From: Candidatus Latescibacterota bacterium
GTDB taxonomy: Bacteria > Latescibacterota > UBA2968 > UBA8231
Assembly (NCBI GenBank): GCA_965242865.1
Contig: CBDETK010000013.1
Span: 4,928,001-4,992,000 of the forward strand
Direction: 5' to 3'
DNA: 64,000 bases
The translations under genes and the position numbers were made by a program. The notes beneath the pieces were generated by a model. It was given only the letters and a program-made list of their open reading frames with translations, searched no databases and was not told the DNA's origin. Below are positions 9,146 through 19,147 of this stretch, one piece after another (the first letter of the stretch is position 1; the number at the start of each line of letters is the position of its first letter).

Positions 9146-10150
9146 ATGCTGGGGTTAAACCTGACCCATCCCCGCTTTGTGATCGACGATATTGACCTCG
9201 GCAAAAAAGACGCCAGTACTTGTCGCGGCGACTTTCCCAAGTTTGCCGAATGGGGAGTGGGGGTGGTGATGTGCAAGGGGGGCGCGGCCTACTACGACGA
9301 CAACTACAAACCGCTGTGGCGTCGGGAAGCGGAATGGCGTCCAGGCCGCGGCGGCGAGGACATGTTCCTGAGTCTGGCGATCAAGAATCCGACTCAACTG
9401 GTGCTGGGGGTGCTCGACCGTTTTTTGCTCAACGTCGAAGCCCATCCCGAGCAAGTGCTGCTGGTGCGGACCGCCCGGGACTTGGATGCTGCACAGGCGG
9501 CGGGCAAGGTCGCGGTATTGATGGGGGCCAATCGCAGCGACTGGTTCGGCGATAGCCCCGGCATCTTGCGGATGTTCGCCCGTCTCGGGCTGCGGATGAT
9601 CACCTTGGGCCAAGCGACCCGCGAGTTGGGGTGGGATGCCTCCAATGAGACCCGTTCGGGCGGGCGGATGACCGAGTTGGGGGTGCGGATGATTGCGGAG
9701 CTGAACGCGACCGGGATTCTCATCGACTTGGCCCACAGCAATGACCCCTGCGCCCTCGACATCATCGAAGTATCGGCAAAGCCGGTGGTTGATTCGCACT
9801 CGAATCCGCGGGCATTGGTCGGCGAGCTCAGGGCGGCCCCCGACGAGGTGATGCGGGCGTTGGCCGAGCGCGGCGGTGTGTTGGGGATCCCCCCGCCGAT
9901 CCCCCGGCCGCCGGGGGACGCGCCCTATCGGGGAGTCGCGCCAGCACAATTGGAGCAGACCGTGGCGCAAATTCGCTACGCCGCGGATGTGATGGGGGTA
10001 GCAGGCGTGGGGATCGGCACTCACTTCAACAGCGCGGTATTGCCTTGGGTGGTAGAGGGCTTGCTGGACGCGGGATTCACCGCCGAGGACACGAGCAAAA
10101 TTTGCGGCGGGAATTACCTGCGGGTCTTGCGCGAGGTCTTGCCGGCGTAG
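9146..10150 (+). CDS. Membrane dipeptidase (peptidase M19, amidohydrolase fold) homologue with atypical active site
   Basis: TELGVRMIAELNATGILIDLAH, PVVDSHSN, DEVMRALAERGGVLG, KICGGNYLRV; start placed at MLGLNL. Confidence 0.8.
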   Translation: MLGLNLTHPRFVIDDIDLGKKDASTCRGDFPKFAEWGVGVVMCKGGAAYYDDNYKPLWRREAEWRPGRGGEDMFLSLAIKNPTQLVLGVLDRFLLNVEAHPEQVLLVRTARDLDAAQAAGKVAVLMGANRSDWFGDSPGILRMFARLGLRMITLGQATRELGWDASNETRSGGRMTELGVRMIAELNATGILIDLAHSNDPCALDIIEVSAKPVVDSHSNPRALVGELRAAPDEVMRALAERGGVLGIPPPIPRPPGDAPYRGVAPAQLEQTVAQIRYAADVMGVAGVGIGTHFNSAVLPWVVEGLLDAGFTAEDTSKICGGNYLRVLREVLPA

Positions 10151-10267
10151 CGGAATGGACGCAATGTGCTGTGAGCGATAGCAGGTCGAAAGTGAACGAA
10201 ACGGAAAAGTATCTCCTTAAAATGCCCGGCTATCAGGTGCTCAAGGGTGCGCTGGCGCGCCTGCGTC

Positions 10268-11062
10268 TTATTTTTGCATCACTAGGCGTGCACCAATGGC
10301 ACAATAGCGGAGCGACGGATCAAAGCTGAAGCGTTTGGCCGACCGCACGTTGCGGGCACGATTGACAAAGCCGCCTCCACGCATAACGCGGGTAGAGCCC
10401 GAAACTGCTCCTGTAGAATTTATCTGTTTGGCGTTTGCATAGGAGTTGCTGTACCAGTCTTGCACCCACTCCCACACATTGCCGTGCATATCGTACAGAC
10501 CCCATGGATTCGGCTGCTTTGAACCCACCGGCTGGGCAAATTTTCCCCTCGCTTCCCCCACGTTTTCTAGGTACCACGCATAGTCGCCCAACTGGCTTTC
10601 GTCGTCCCCAAAGGAACGGCTCGTCGTGGTCCCGGCCCGGCAGGCGTATTCCCACTCGGCTTCGGTCGGTAGGCGGTACAAATCCCTGTCGGCGGCTTCG
10701 TTCAAGCGGCGGAGGAATTCCTGCATATCGACCCACGAGATATAGACTGCCGGGTGATTTGGTTCGGCTTGGACATACTTGCGTTGGGTCCACGGTGCTG
10801 TTCCCATCACCGCGACCCATTGGGCTTGGGTAATCTCAAATTTACCCAAGTAGAATCCCTTGCTTATCGAAACCTCGTGCTGTGGGCCTTCGTCTTCACC
10901 CCGTGTGGGGGATGAGGCCGGCGATCCCATCAGAAAAGTACCCGGTTCAATCCACACAAATTCCATCACGACTCCGTCGCGAAGTTCCACGACAATGTTT
11001 TCGGCTCGCCCCACAGTCGCGCACGTGATGCCCATCATTAGGGCGGCAAAAATTTGCCTCAT
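10268..11062 (-). CDS. Formylglycine-generating-enzyme (FGE-sulfatase/SUMF1) domain protein, secreted
   Basis: FLMGS...EGPQHEV, RLPTEAEWEYACRAG, PNPWGLYDMHGNVWEW, RGG, GARL; signal peptide. Confidence 0.9.
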   Translation of the reverse strand: MRQIFAALMMGITCATVGRAENIVVELRDGVVMEFVWIEPGTFLMGSPASSPTRGEDEGPQHEVSISKGFYLGKFEITQAQWVAVMGTAPWTQRKYVQAEPNHPAVYISWVDMQEFLRRLNEAADRDLYRLPTEAEWEYACRAGTTTSRSFGDDESQLGDYAWYLENVGEARGKFAQPVGSKQPNPWGLYDMHGNVWEWVQDWYSNSYANAKQINSTGAVSGSTRVMRGGGFVNRARNVRSAKRFSFDPSLRYCAIGARLVMQK

Positions 11063-11225
11063 TCCACACCTCTGGATCCATGAATGGCGAGAATATATGT
11101 TTCTTTAGCAAAAAAGCCGCAAAACCACCGCCCGCGTCCTATGATCTCCGTCCTTGCCGCAGCAAAGGGTAATTTCTATAATTGCGACCATTATCTGCTT
11201 AATTCACCTCTACAGCGATGAGTGT

Positions 11226-12917
11226 ATGGACTTTTTTTATCAGCGTCGGCCCCTTGCCTCTGCCTTAGTGCTGGCCGTGCTGCTGCCGAAATCGGTCCTA
11301 CCCCAATTCACCGACCAGACGGAGGAGGCGCACATCGCCTTCCAATACGTGGCTGGCGGACCTGAGAAAAAGCACATTGTCGAAACCTCCGGCGGCGGAG
11401 CTGCTTTTTTTGATTACGATAACGATGGCGATCTCGACCTATACACGGTCAATGGTGCTACGGTCAATACCTACCGGCAAAAAACCGGACCGGGCAATGT
11501 CCTCTACCGCAATCGAGGCAACGGAACCTTTGCCGATGTGGCTGTACCAGCCGGTGTCGGGGACCGCAGTTGGGGCATGGGCTGTACCGTGGGCGACATC
11601 GACGGCGACGGGCACCGCGATCTTTACGTGACTAATTATGGTCCCAATGTTCTCTACCGCAACCGAGGCAACGGAACCTTCGCGGACATTTCCACTGGGG
11701 TAGCAGGGAACGATTATAGCTCCAGCGCCGCTTTTTTTGATTACGATGGCGACGGCGATCTCGACCTATACGTCGCCAATTATCTCGTTTACGATTTTGA
11801 CTCTCCTCCAGATAAGGTCTGCACCTACGAGGGCATCGAGATCTTCTGCGGTCCTCAGGGCTTACCTGGAGCTGCCGACCTGTTCTATCGCAACAACGGA
11901 GACAATACCTTCACCGACGTCACTCGGCCCTCGGGTATCTCCTGGGCCAACCGCTATTATGGGTTGGGTGTACTGCCCGAAGACTTCGACAACGACGGCG
12001 ACATCGATCTCTTCGTGGCCAATGACGCAACTCCCAATGTGCTCTTCGACAACAACCGCGATGGCACCTTTAGCGAAATTGGCCTAAAAGCAGGCATTGC
12101 GTATAACGAATACGGCGAAGAAGAGGCCGGGATGGGGGTCAGCGGCGGAGACTATGACGCCGACGGTGACCTCGACCTCTATATAACCCATTTTTTTCGC
12201 GAGAGTAATACCTTCTACCGCAACGACGGACCAAGCCATTTCAAAGATATAACGGCCCAGACTGGTCTAGAGGAACCCACGCTTGGAATGCTGGGGTGGG
12301 GCACCCAATTTTTCGACTACGACAGAGATGGCGACTTGGATCTATTCGTCGCTAATGGCCATGTCTATCCGCAGGTGGCGAGCACTATTGCGAGCACTTT
12401 CTATCCCCAGCGCAATCAGTTAATCCGCAACGAAGGCAGCGATCGTCTAACCGATATAGGGGCTGCGGCTGGCCCGGGAATGGACCTTAAAAGAGTCAGC
12501 CGTGGTGCCAGTTTTGGCGACTACGACAACGACGGCGATATGGACATTTTCGTCGTCAATTTGGATGAGGTGGCCACCCTGTTGCGCAACGATTTTGCCC
12601 CCGCCAACAACTATCTCGTAGTACAACTGCTGGGTCGTGGCCCCAATCGCGATGCCGTCGGCGCCAAGATCCGCTTGCTGGTCGACGGCCGACCCCAGTG
12701 GCGCACGGCTAACGGTGCTTCTAGCTATCTCTCCTATAACGATATGCGTATTTTCTTTGGCCTAGGTGGGGCGGAAGGGGCAGATGAAGTGGAGATCACT
12801 TGGCCCGACGGAACTCGTCAGACAGTGCCATCGGCACCGGCCAATAAGCTGCTGGTAGTTCGCCAGAACGGCTCCTACGCCTTCTTGGAGATGGGAGCCA
12901 ACCTCTACGCAGAGTAG
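11226..12917 (+). CDS. CRTAC1-family protein (FG-GAP repeats + ASPIC/UnbV)
   Basis: Repeated DYDNDGDLDLY..N motifs, RGASFGDYDNDG, C-terminal NRDAVGA...SYLS...FGLG...WPDG. Confidence 0.9.
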   Translation: MDFFYQRRPLASALVLAVLLPKSVLPQFTDQTEEAHIAFQYVAGGPEKKHIVETSGGGAAFFDYDNDGDLDLYTVNGATVNTYRQKTGPGNVLYRNRGNGTFADVAVPAGVGDRSWGMGCTVGDIDGDGHRDLYVTNYGPNVLYRNRGNGTFADISTGVAGNDYSSSAAFFDYDGDGDLDLYVANYLVYDFDSPPDKVCTYEGIEIFCGPQGLPGAADLFYRNNGDNTFTDVTRPSGISWANRYYGLGVLPEDFDNDGDIDLFVANDATPNVLFDNNRDGTFSEIGLKAGIAYNEYGEEEAGMGVSGGDYDADGDLDLYITHFFRESNTFYRNDGPSHFKDITAQTGLEEPTLGMLGWGTQFFDYDRDGDLDLFVANGHVYPQVASTIASTFYPQRNQLIRNEGSDRLTDIGAAAGPGMDLKRVSRGASFGDYDNDGDMDIFVVNLDEVATLLRNDFAPANNYLVVQLLGRGPNRDAVGAKIRLLVDGRPQWRTANGASSYLSYNDMRIFFGLGGAEGADEVEITWPDGTRQTVPSAPANKLLVVRQNGSYAFLEMGANLYAE

Positions 12918-12920
12918 GAC

Positions 12921-14594
12921 CTATGGGTGCCTATTCTCCCCGAAAGCGGCGTTGAGGTTATCCTCCCGAATAACCACTTTCGCTGCGTATTTATTCCGCA
13001 CTTCTTCGGTAAACTGATTGAAGGCCCTTCTGTTTTTTTCTCTTTTAAGTTGGGACCGGACTCTCCACTCGGCCTCCGCAAAAGTCTCCCGCTTGCGTTC
13101 TCTAGAAAGCACCTTAAATATAGAATACCCTTCATTGACCTTGGCCGGACCAGTGAGCACTCCTATCTCGGCTTTTTCGGCGAGTTCTACAAAACCGCCG
13201 AAAAAGTTCTTTTCAAAAAGGTGGAAGTGGAATCGGCCTTCTTCATCCCGATCCTCTAGCGACCGGATAGAATACTTCTTGGCCAAGTCGCCTAATGGGG
13301 CTCCCTTTTGGAGCTGCTCCATCAACCTCAGGGCCTCGGCCTCCGTCTCCACCAGAATCTCCTGTACTTCGATCTGCTCGGGTTGCAGATACCTTGCCGC
13401 ATGGGCCTCGTAAAACTGGCGCAACTCGTTTTCAGCGATGGTCACTTTAGCTCTTAGGACTCGCGCCCTGAGGGCTCGTAACAAAAATTGCTTTGCCTGA
13501 TCTTCCAACCACTCGATCGTCTCTGCTTCCTCGTCTATGCCAGCACGCAGGGCCGCTTCCACGAGCATCGCATTGGGCACGACATGGCGCTCGGCAAAAG
13601 CGATCACTTGGCTGGAGTCGCTGAGTTGGGCTAGGGCATTGCCTTTCAGGGCGTGGCCAGCTTCTGCCAAGTCTTGAGCGGTTATTTCTCCGCCGTCGTA
13701 CCGATAGAGAACTATATTGCGTTCAGTCTCCAGGGCAAAAGATGTACCGCCACGCACTTTTTCGACAATGAGCGCGAGACCTTCCCGGTCCAATTCGAGG
13801 TGGTACTTTTCCTTGAGTTCAGCGACTAAGATCGATTGAGCCCGCTGCTTTTTCTCCTTTTTCAGTCCCATTTCGAGCGCCAGTTTCCTCTGGGGACTGA
13901 GTTCGATGGTAGAATCGGCGATGACCGTGAAAATCGAATAGCGCCCACCGATTTTTATGGGTTCGGAGATTTCGCCTACGGCGAGAGAAAACAGTTTGTC
14001 CTGAAGGGGGGTGATCATGTTTTCTCGGGTGGTATAACGGCCCAAGTCCCCACCTTGGGCCGAGGTTTCTTTGTTTATGGACCATTTCTTGGCGACTTGC
14101 CCAAAAGGCACCCCATTTTTGAGTTCTCGGAGGACGGCCAAGGCGTCTTCTCGGCTGGGGACCATTATATCGGCCAATCTGATCACTCTAGTAAGCCCCA
14201 TGTGTTCAGCGTATTCCCGCACTGTGCTCTCCTCTACTTCCTCTTCTACCTCCAGCGCTCTATCTTGGAAAATGCGGACCAACTTTTCCCGCCGGACCTC
14301 TTCCCGCCGGGCGCGAAATTCAAGGCTTTCGTCGAGATCGGCTGCCTTCGCCTCCATGATCAGCAGTTCGATATTGATCATGGTGTTCAAATGATTCTTC
14401 GCTTCTTCTACCCTAGTGGACTCCGCCTTGGCATATTCGGGGAGGTCATCTATAAATTTCCGCAACTGGTCAACCGTTATCTCCTCATCACCTATCTGAG
14501 CAACCACTCGTTCTCCTATTTCCACTGTGCAACCCATGAACACGGCAAAGAGCACGAGTGGTAAAAGACAAAATACAGTCATTTCTCTTGACAT
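12921..14594 (-). CDS. SurA/PrsA-like lipoprotein with two parvulin (PpiC) domains
   Basis: Lipobox FMGC; VAQIGDEEIT; FGQVAKKWS...GGDLG...GEISEPI and LAKKYS...GPAK rotamase-like domains. Confidence 0.8.
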   Translation of the reverse strand: MSREMTVFCLLPLVLFAVFMGCTVEIGERVVAQIGDEEITVDQLRKFIDDLPEYAKAESTRVEEAKNHLNTMINIELLIMEAKAADLDESLEFRARREEVRREKLVRIFQDRALEVEEEVEESTVREYAEHMGLTRVIRLADIMVPSREDALAVLRELKNGVPFGQVAKKWSINKETSAQGGDLGRYTTRENMITPLQDKLFSLAVGEISEPIKIGGRYSIFTVIADSTIELSPQRKLALEMGLKKEKKQRAQSILVAELKEKYHLELDREGLALIVEKVRGGTSFALETERNIVLYRYDGGEITAQDLAEAGHALKGNALAQLSDSSQVIAFAERHVVPNAMLVEAALRAGIDEEAETIEWLEDQAKQFLLRALRARVLRAKVTIAENELRQFYEAHAARYLQPEQIEVQEILVETEAEALRLMEQLQKGAPLGDLAKKYSIRSLEDRDEEGRFHFHLFEKNFFGGFVELAEKAEIGVLTGPAKVNEGYSIFKVLSRERKRETFAEAEWRVRSQLKREKNRRAFNQFTEEVRNKYAAKVVIREDNLNAAFGENRHP

Positions 14595-14633
14595 TTAGCT
14601 CAGGTCTCCTCTGCATTCCTGCACACGGGTAGA

Positions 14634-17345
14634 TTAGTCCAAACCGGCAAATACCGTGGCAAAAGCCATTCTGCCTGTTTCGGTTTCGTTGTCGATGGCT
14701 CTTCGGGTCAACCTGAGTCCCATCAGGGTCGTCAGACTGTAGCCCAAGTAATTTGAATTATTGGAGAACTGGGCCGCGCCGACAATTTCACTGAAGTCGT
14801 CCAGCAGTCCTTCCTTGACCGCTGTATCCGAATCCCTGAGTTGCTGGAAAACGGTATATTCCACACCTGCCTGCATAGTGGAGTTATTAAACAATGGCCA
14901 CCGGGCCAGTAAAGAAAATATCAGGGTGTCCTCCCTGCGTTTGGGATTTGATTTAAGTGCTGGAGACTCTATCCTCAGTTCGTTTTTAATTTTGGGCTGG
15001 ATGTCGAGATTAACGAATTTGAAAATATAGTCCACCTTATTGATCAGGCCGACAAAAACGAAGTCCCGTTGCAAATCGGGCTGTCTTTCCCTTTGATGCC
15101 AGTGGTCGTATTTCAGCTTGTTGATGAGATTTAGATTCTTCAGCTTGGTATAGCTGAAGCTTATATAGGACGAATTTATCCACGTATTCCGGGCCGCCAG
15201 AGGATCAATGGTAGGGACGTTGCGCCTCTCGAATTCGTCCCACTGGCGAAGGTCATTTTCTATATTGTCCTTAGCCAGCCTGAAATTCTCAAAAATCCTC
15301 ACCCTTCCTAGGCCGGGATAGTCCTTTTCTAAGGTGAAAAGTAAATAATGGGTGGTATTTTCTCCATCACCGGCAATGAGCCTCTCGTCGGTGCGGCCGA
15401 TAGTCAACCTCATCTCTGGAGTAATGTTGACGCCCGCATAAAAATTGTACCCGCTTAAATCCCGACCATAAGGAAAGTCTGCTTCATCATCGTTTTCAAA
15501 CCGGTCTATCCATATATTGTTGTTCATATCTATGCCGAACAGATACTCGGGGCGGTCCGTAGAATAGCGCAGAAAGGGCTCGTCGTAGTCAGGCACTAAG
15601 TTGGGCAGATCTTCACTGTCGTTTTGGTTGAAATCGGAGATAAAATCGACGTTTTCATCCAAGCCGGGAAATACATTCAAGTCGATGTTTTCGTTTATCC
15701 TCTGCCAATCGGGATACCGGTCCTGATCATCGTTGTCGTCGACGAGTTCGTAGTAGAATCTCGTCCGGTCCTCGTAATCTATGTTGATCTCGCCTCGGGC
15801 CAAGATAGCACTTGTATTGTAATTGTGGTCCATACTGTAAGCCTCGCCGAAAAAGAACCACGGCTGCACGGTTCTCGACAGATTCAACATCCAGCCATCG
15901 CCTTGGTCAAAAGCCGACAGGTGTTTTGTATGCTGCCTGTTGGGGTATTTTCGATAACTCCTACTGCGGTCAAATTCGCCGTAGAAATCAAGGCCCCCAA
16001 TGTTGTTCGCCTCCAGAGTGAAACCGAAAATTTCGGTGGCGGTCGGCAAACCGTACGGGATTTTGAGGACTCTGAGATTAGAGCCGTCTTTGACGTTTTC
16101 TTGGGCTCTGGCCGCCAGCAGAAACACGTTGCTGTTTTGACGGTTAGTCTGGCTGTTCGAAGATACCTCGATTCTGTAGTCGTTGGCAACCACCAGTTCA
16201 AAAGTCACTCTTCTTATCTCCGAAGGGTCTGGGCCGGTGTACGTTCCCTCGGAAAAGTCGTATACTAGTTCGATCTGCTCAGAGCCGCTGGCTTCCCAGA
16301 AACCCAAGCGCTGAAAGCCGCCCTGAGGCGAGGGCTTGAGACCCGCCTCGCTAGCCCGGACAACCTCTCGCCTAAACGCCCGTTCCCCCTCTTCATCAAT
16401 GCTTTCGACTTCGGCTTCTATGATCATATCCCAAGCGAAGAGGGTAGCACCGCCTTCGTTGTCTTCGGGCGAATCGTCGGTCAGACGGACGAAAAGCTGG
16501 GTGATATTTTCAGCGTTTTGACTAGAAGTGATCGAACCACTCCTAGGGGTTCCTTCAAAAGCGTCCAAGAGTTGGAAGGAATTGTGGGCACTTACGTAGT
16601 TGGCCCCGATGCTGATGAAATCACCCACTTGGGCAACGGCCCGCCCGCCCATCAGCGTTGTCAAGCTGGTCGTTTGGTTGACTGCAGGATTGCGAGAACC
16701 GGCTCCGCCGGGAGAAGAGATCCGCGAGAGGATCGTAGTGATCTGGTATTTGTCGGCTTGGTAGTCCACTTGGATCCCGTCCAAGGCCGGCTTTGAGAAG
16801 GTCATTGGAGTAAGGGTCGAGCGGATCTCGTTACCTATGGTGATGGCTAAGTTATGCTGCCCCTTCTGATCAGAGGCAATGACCAAATTGCTGAAAAAGT
16901 TTTGGAATCTCTCGGTCTTAAATAAGTTACTGCCCCCTTGCTGGGGCTGCGTTTGGGACCAGTCGTAGACCAACCATCCCCTAGTGATATAGGAACCGTA
17001 AATATCGTAAAAATAATCCCCGGCTAAATTGATATCCACATAGCGATTGTAGTGGTCCCTGGCGTAGTTGGTGTATTCCCACTGTTTCCAGCGGTATTCT
17101 AGGAAAAGTTCTTGCGGTACGTACCACTTTTTGACCGCCGGATCCAAGGCACCGAACAGCACACCGGACCCGGTTGGCTCAAAGGTGAGTTCGGCCCCTC
17201 GGCGCATGCCTTTTATACGCATCGGATCGACGTCTTGGGCTTGTGCGTCGGTGTCGAAAGCTAACATGGAAGAGAGAAGGGAACAAACTATGGTCGCTAG
17301 ACTAATACCGCGCATTAAAGTGCTGTAAGTATGGTAGGTCAGCAT
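14634..17345 (-). CDS. Large secreted protein, probable outer-membrane beta-barrel with Asp-rich insert
   Basis: Signal peptide (AQA-Q); alternating aromatic/hydrophobic strands in the C-terminal third ending ATVFAGLD; DDNDDQD/DENVD/DMNNN Ca-binding-like motifs; fold is inference. Confidence 0.6.
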   Translation of the reverse strand: MLTYHTYSTLMRGISLATIVCSLLSSMLAFDTDAQAQDVDPMRIKGMRRGAELTFEPTGSGVLFGALDPAVKKWYVPQELFLEYRWKQWEYTNYARDHYNRYVDINLAGDYFYDIYGSYITRGWLVYDWSQTQPQQGGSNLFKTERFQNFFSNLVIASDQKGQHNLAITIGNEIRSTLTPMTFSKPALDGIQVDYQADKYQITTILSRISSPGGAGSRNPAVNQTTSLTTLMGGRAVAQVGDFISIGANYVSAHNSFQLLDAFEGTPRSGSITSSQNAENITQLFVRLTDDSPEDNEGGATLFAWDMIIEAEVESIDEEGERAFRREVVRASEAGLKPSPQGGFQRLGFWEASGSEQIELVYDFSEGTYTGPDPSEIRRVTFELVVANDYRIEVSSNSQTNRQNSNVFLLAARAQENVKDGSNLRVLKIPYGLPTATEIFGFTLEANNIGGLDFYGEFDRSRSYRKYPNRQHTKHLSAFDQGDGWMLNLSRTVQPWFFFGEAYSMDHNYNTSAILARGEINIDYEDRTRFYYELVDDNDDQDRYPDWQRINENIDLNVFPGLDENVDFISDFNQNDSEDLPNLVPDYDEPFLRYSTDRPEYLFGIDMNNNIWIDRFENDDEADFPYGRDLSGYNFYAGVNITPEMRLTIGRTDERLIAGDGENTTHYLLFTLEKDYPGLGRVRIFENFRLAKDNIENDLRQWDEFERRNVPTIDPLAARNTWINSSYISFSYTKLKNLNLINKLKYDHWHQRERQPDLQRDFVFVGLINKVDYIFKFVNLDIQPKIKNELRIESPALKSNPKRREDTLIFSLLARWPLFNNSTMQAGVEYTVFQQLRDSDTAVKEGLLDDFSEIVGAAQFSNNSNYLGYSLTTLMGLRLTRRAIDNETETGRMAFATVFAGLD

Positions 17346-17383
17346 GAGAGTTCCACCCTAGCTTTCAGGTAAAATGGGAATAA

Positions 17384-19147
17384 TCAATAGACTATTGGGA
17401 CAAGTCTCGTCTTGCTCTCAGATCCTGAGTCTGCATCAATTTCCACTCGCACCAAATAGATTCCGGGCAGCACTTTGGCACCGCTCCCGTCCGTTCCATC
17501 CCAAGCCCTTTGGTATCTCTTACTGGAACCCAACCCTGAATAGATCGCCTTTACACGCCTTCCAGAAAGATCGTATATATCCACCGAAACGAAGGCACCA
17601 CCTGTCAGGTTGACGATGTCGTAGGTCACCAAAACTTCATCATTTAGGCCATCGCCGTTGGGAGTAAAAGGGACGGGAGTCACTTTCATGGAATGAATGA
17701 GGTCTTTGCCCACCGAGATCTCGACCGAAAGGTCATCCCCCTGCGCCTCAAAATCAGAGGCTGCATCTCCCTCGGTGACTACTTGGGGCAGGTTGTCCGG
17801 TTTTTGGCTATCGGAGACTCTACCGGCAAAAAAAGTGTTGTACTGCAAAGCCACGTTCTCAAAGACCACTCGCAAGGTGCGGTTCCCCACAATCCGGGGG
17901 AAGCTAATTTGGCCCCCGTCTTCTGTATCCACCTTTTCCCATCCGACATCGAGCCCGTCTATTTGCACAGATCGCACTATGTCTACCGGTGCCATAGTCT
18001 TTATTTCGAGACGGTTAAATCCTCGGCTGTTGACGGTTCTCACGGCATAGGTAAAGGGGGTATTCTGCCCAATCAGAGCACGTTGGGGCCATATCTCGCC
18101 CACCAGCGAGTCGGCTAGGGAAGGAGATACCTCAAAGGCGAGGGAATCAACGGTCGCCGCTGCTAGGATATCGCTGGTCTTGAGGAGTAAACGGAACTGA
18201 AAAAAACGACGCGGGGCTGGTGATTCAATAGCCGTATGCACTCCGGCAGGATAGGGAGAGGACCAAGTGCTCCAAGACAGCGAATCGCTGGGATCCGGTG
18301 TGTTGCCGCTCCGAGTCGATAGGATAGCATCTGTTTTCGTGGGTTCGCCGATGCTACTCCTAGCCCATGTTATGTCGCCAAAGATAGCGGGCTGTTCTCG
18401 ATCAAATACTTTTGAGATATACGATGCAGAAGAGGCAAAACCTGCACCAAAGACTTGAAATTCGTCGATCTCCCATTCCCCGCGTACCAGTTGTTTCACC
18501 TCTATGAAACGAACAAACTGTAAGGGGATGTCTAGGTCAATGGTCGGCTTGAGGTTGCGTTCCTCGGTCTTAAAAACCTTGAAATCCGGCGTCCCGGCTA
18601 GGGTTTTCTGCTCCTCGCTGCCGTCGTTCAGCAGCAATTCATAGCCTTTTAGGAAAAACTCTTCAAATCCCTTGCGCGGGAAAAACTTGATCCGATTGAC
18701 CCCGAAGCGCTCACCCAAATCTATCCTGAATATAACGCCTGTAGGAGAACCGCCCTTTACTTCAAAGGCCTTGGTTGTATCGCCGCTGACCATATGCGCC
18801 AATTGTTTATTCAAAAGACTCTGAGATGTTTCAAGCACTATTCTCGCGTTGGGCGATGTTACGGCCCCTCCTCTTTCAAATATTTTTAGGACGATATTGT
18901 CTTCGGGGCCTGTCTGAGCCGGCTGAATTTGGCCGGGATTGGCGTCAAAATCGATAACCGATATCTCGGAATAATGGCCATCCCACGCTAGGGTCCCTGG
19001 ACCGCCGCCAATGACGATCTTCGCCCCATAGCCTTGGGTCGGTACAAGTCCCTGCAATAGACAAGAGAACGCTAATAGCACTGTCTTGACTAACGGTGGC
19101 TTGTTAAACCTGTTCCTCTCGGCTCGTAGAAGATCAATAGGAGACAT
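17384..19147 (-). CDS. Secreted discoidin-like protein with C-terminal FlgD-Ig / sorting-like domain (paralog C)
   Basis: IDLGERFGVNRIKFFP; TRSG...WSTWSSPY...SPAPRRFFQ; PFTPNGDGLND, YDLSGRRV, WDGTD, PGIY; ends VPIVY; start uncertain. Confidence 0.75.
   Translation of the reverse strand: MSPIDLLRAERNRFNKPPLVKTVLLAFSCLLQGLVPTQGYGAKIVIGGGPGTLAWDGHYSEISVIDFDANPGQIQPAQTGPEDNIVLKIFERGGAVTSPNARIVLETSQSLLNKQLAHMVSGDTTKAFEVKGGSPTGVIFRIDLGERFGVNRIKFFPRKGFEEFFLKGYELLLNDGSEEQKTLAGTPDFKVFKTEERNLKPTIDLDIPLQFVRFIEVKQLVRGEWEIDEFQVFGAGFASSASYISKVFDREQPAIFGDITWARSSIGEPTKTDAILSTRSGNTPDPSDSLSWSTWSSPYPAGVHTAIESPAPRRFFQFRLLLKTSDILAAATVDSLAFEVSPSLADSLVGEIWPQRALIGQNTPFTYAVRTVNSRGFNRLEIKTMAPVDIVRSVQIDGLDVGWEKVDTEDGGQISFPRIVGNRTLRVVFENVALQYNTFFAGRVSDSQKPDNLPQVVTEGDAASDFEAQGDDLSVEISVGKDLIHSMKVTPVPFTPNGDGLNDEVLVTYDIVNLTGGAFVSVDIYDLSGRRVKAIYSGLGSSKRYQRAWDGTDGSGAKVLPGIYLVRVEIDADSGSESKTRLVPIVY

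Noticed and set aside
10268-11062. Diversity-generating retroelement target (FGE/C-type-lectin fold)
   Set aside because: No reverse transcriptase in the window, and I saw no template-repeat copy of the 3' end; a remote DGR cannot be excluded.
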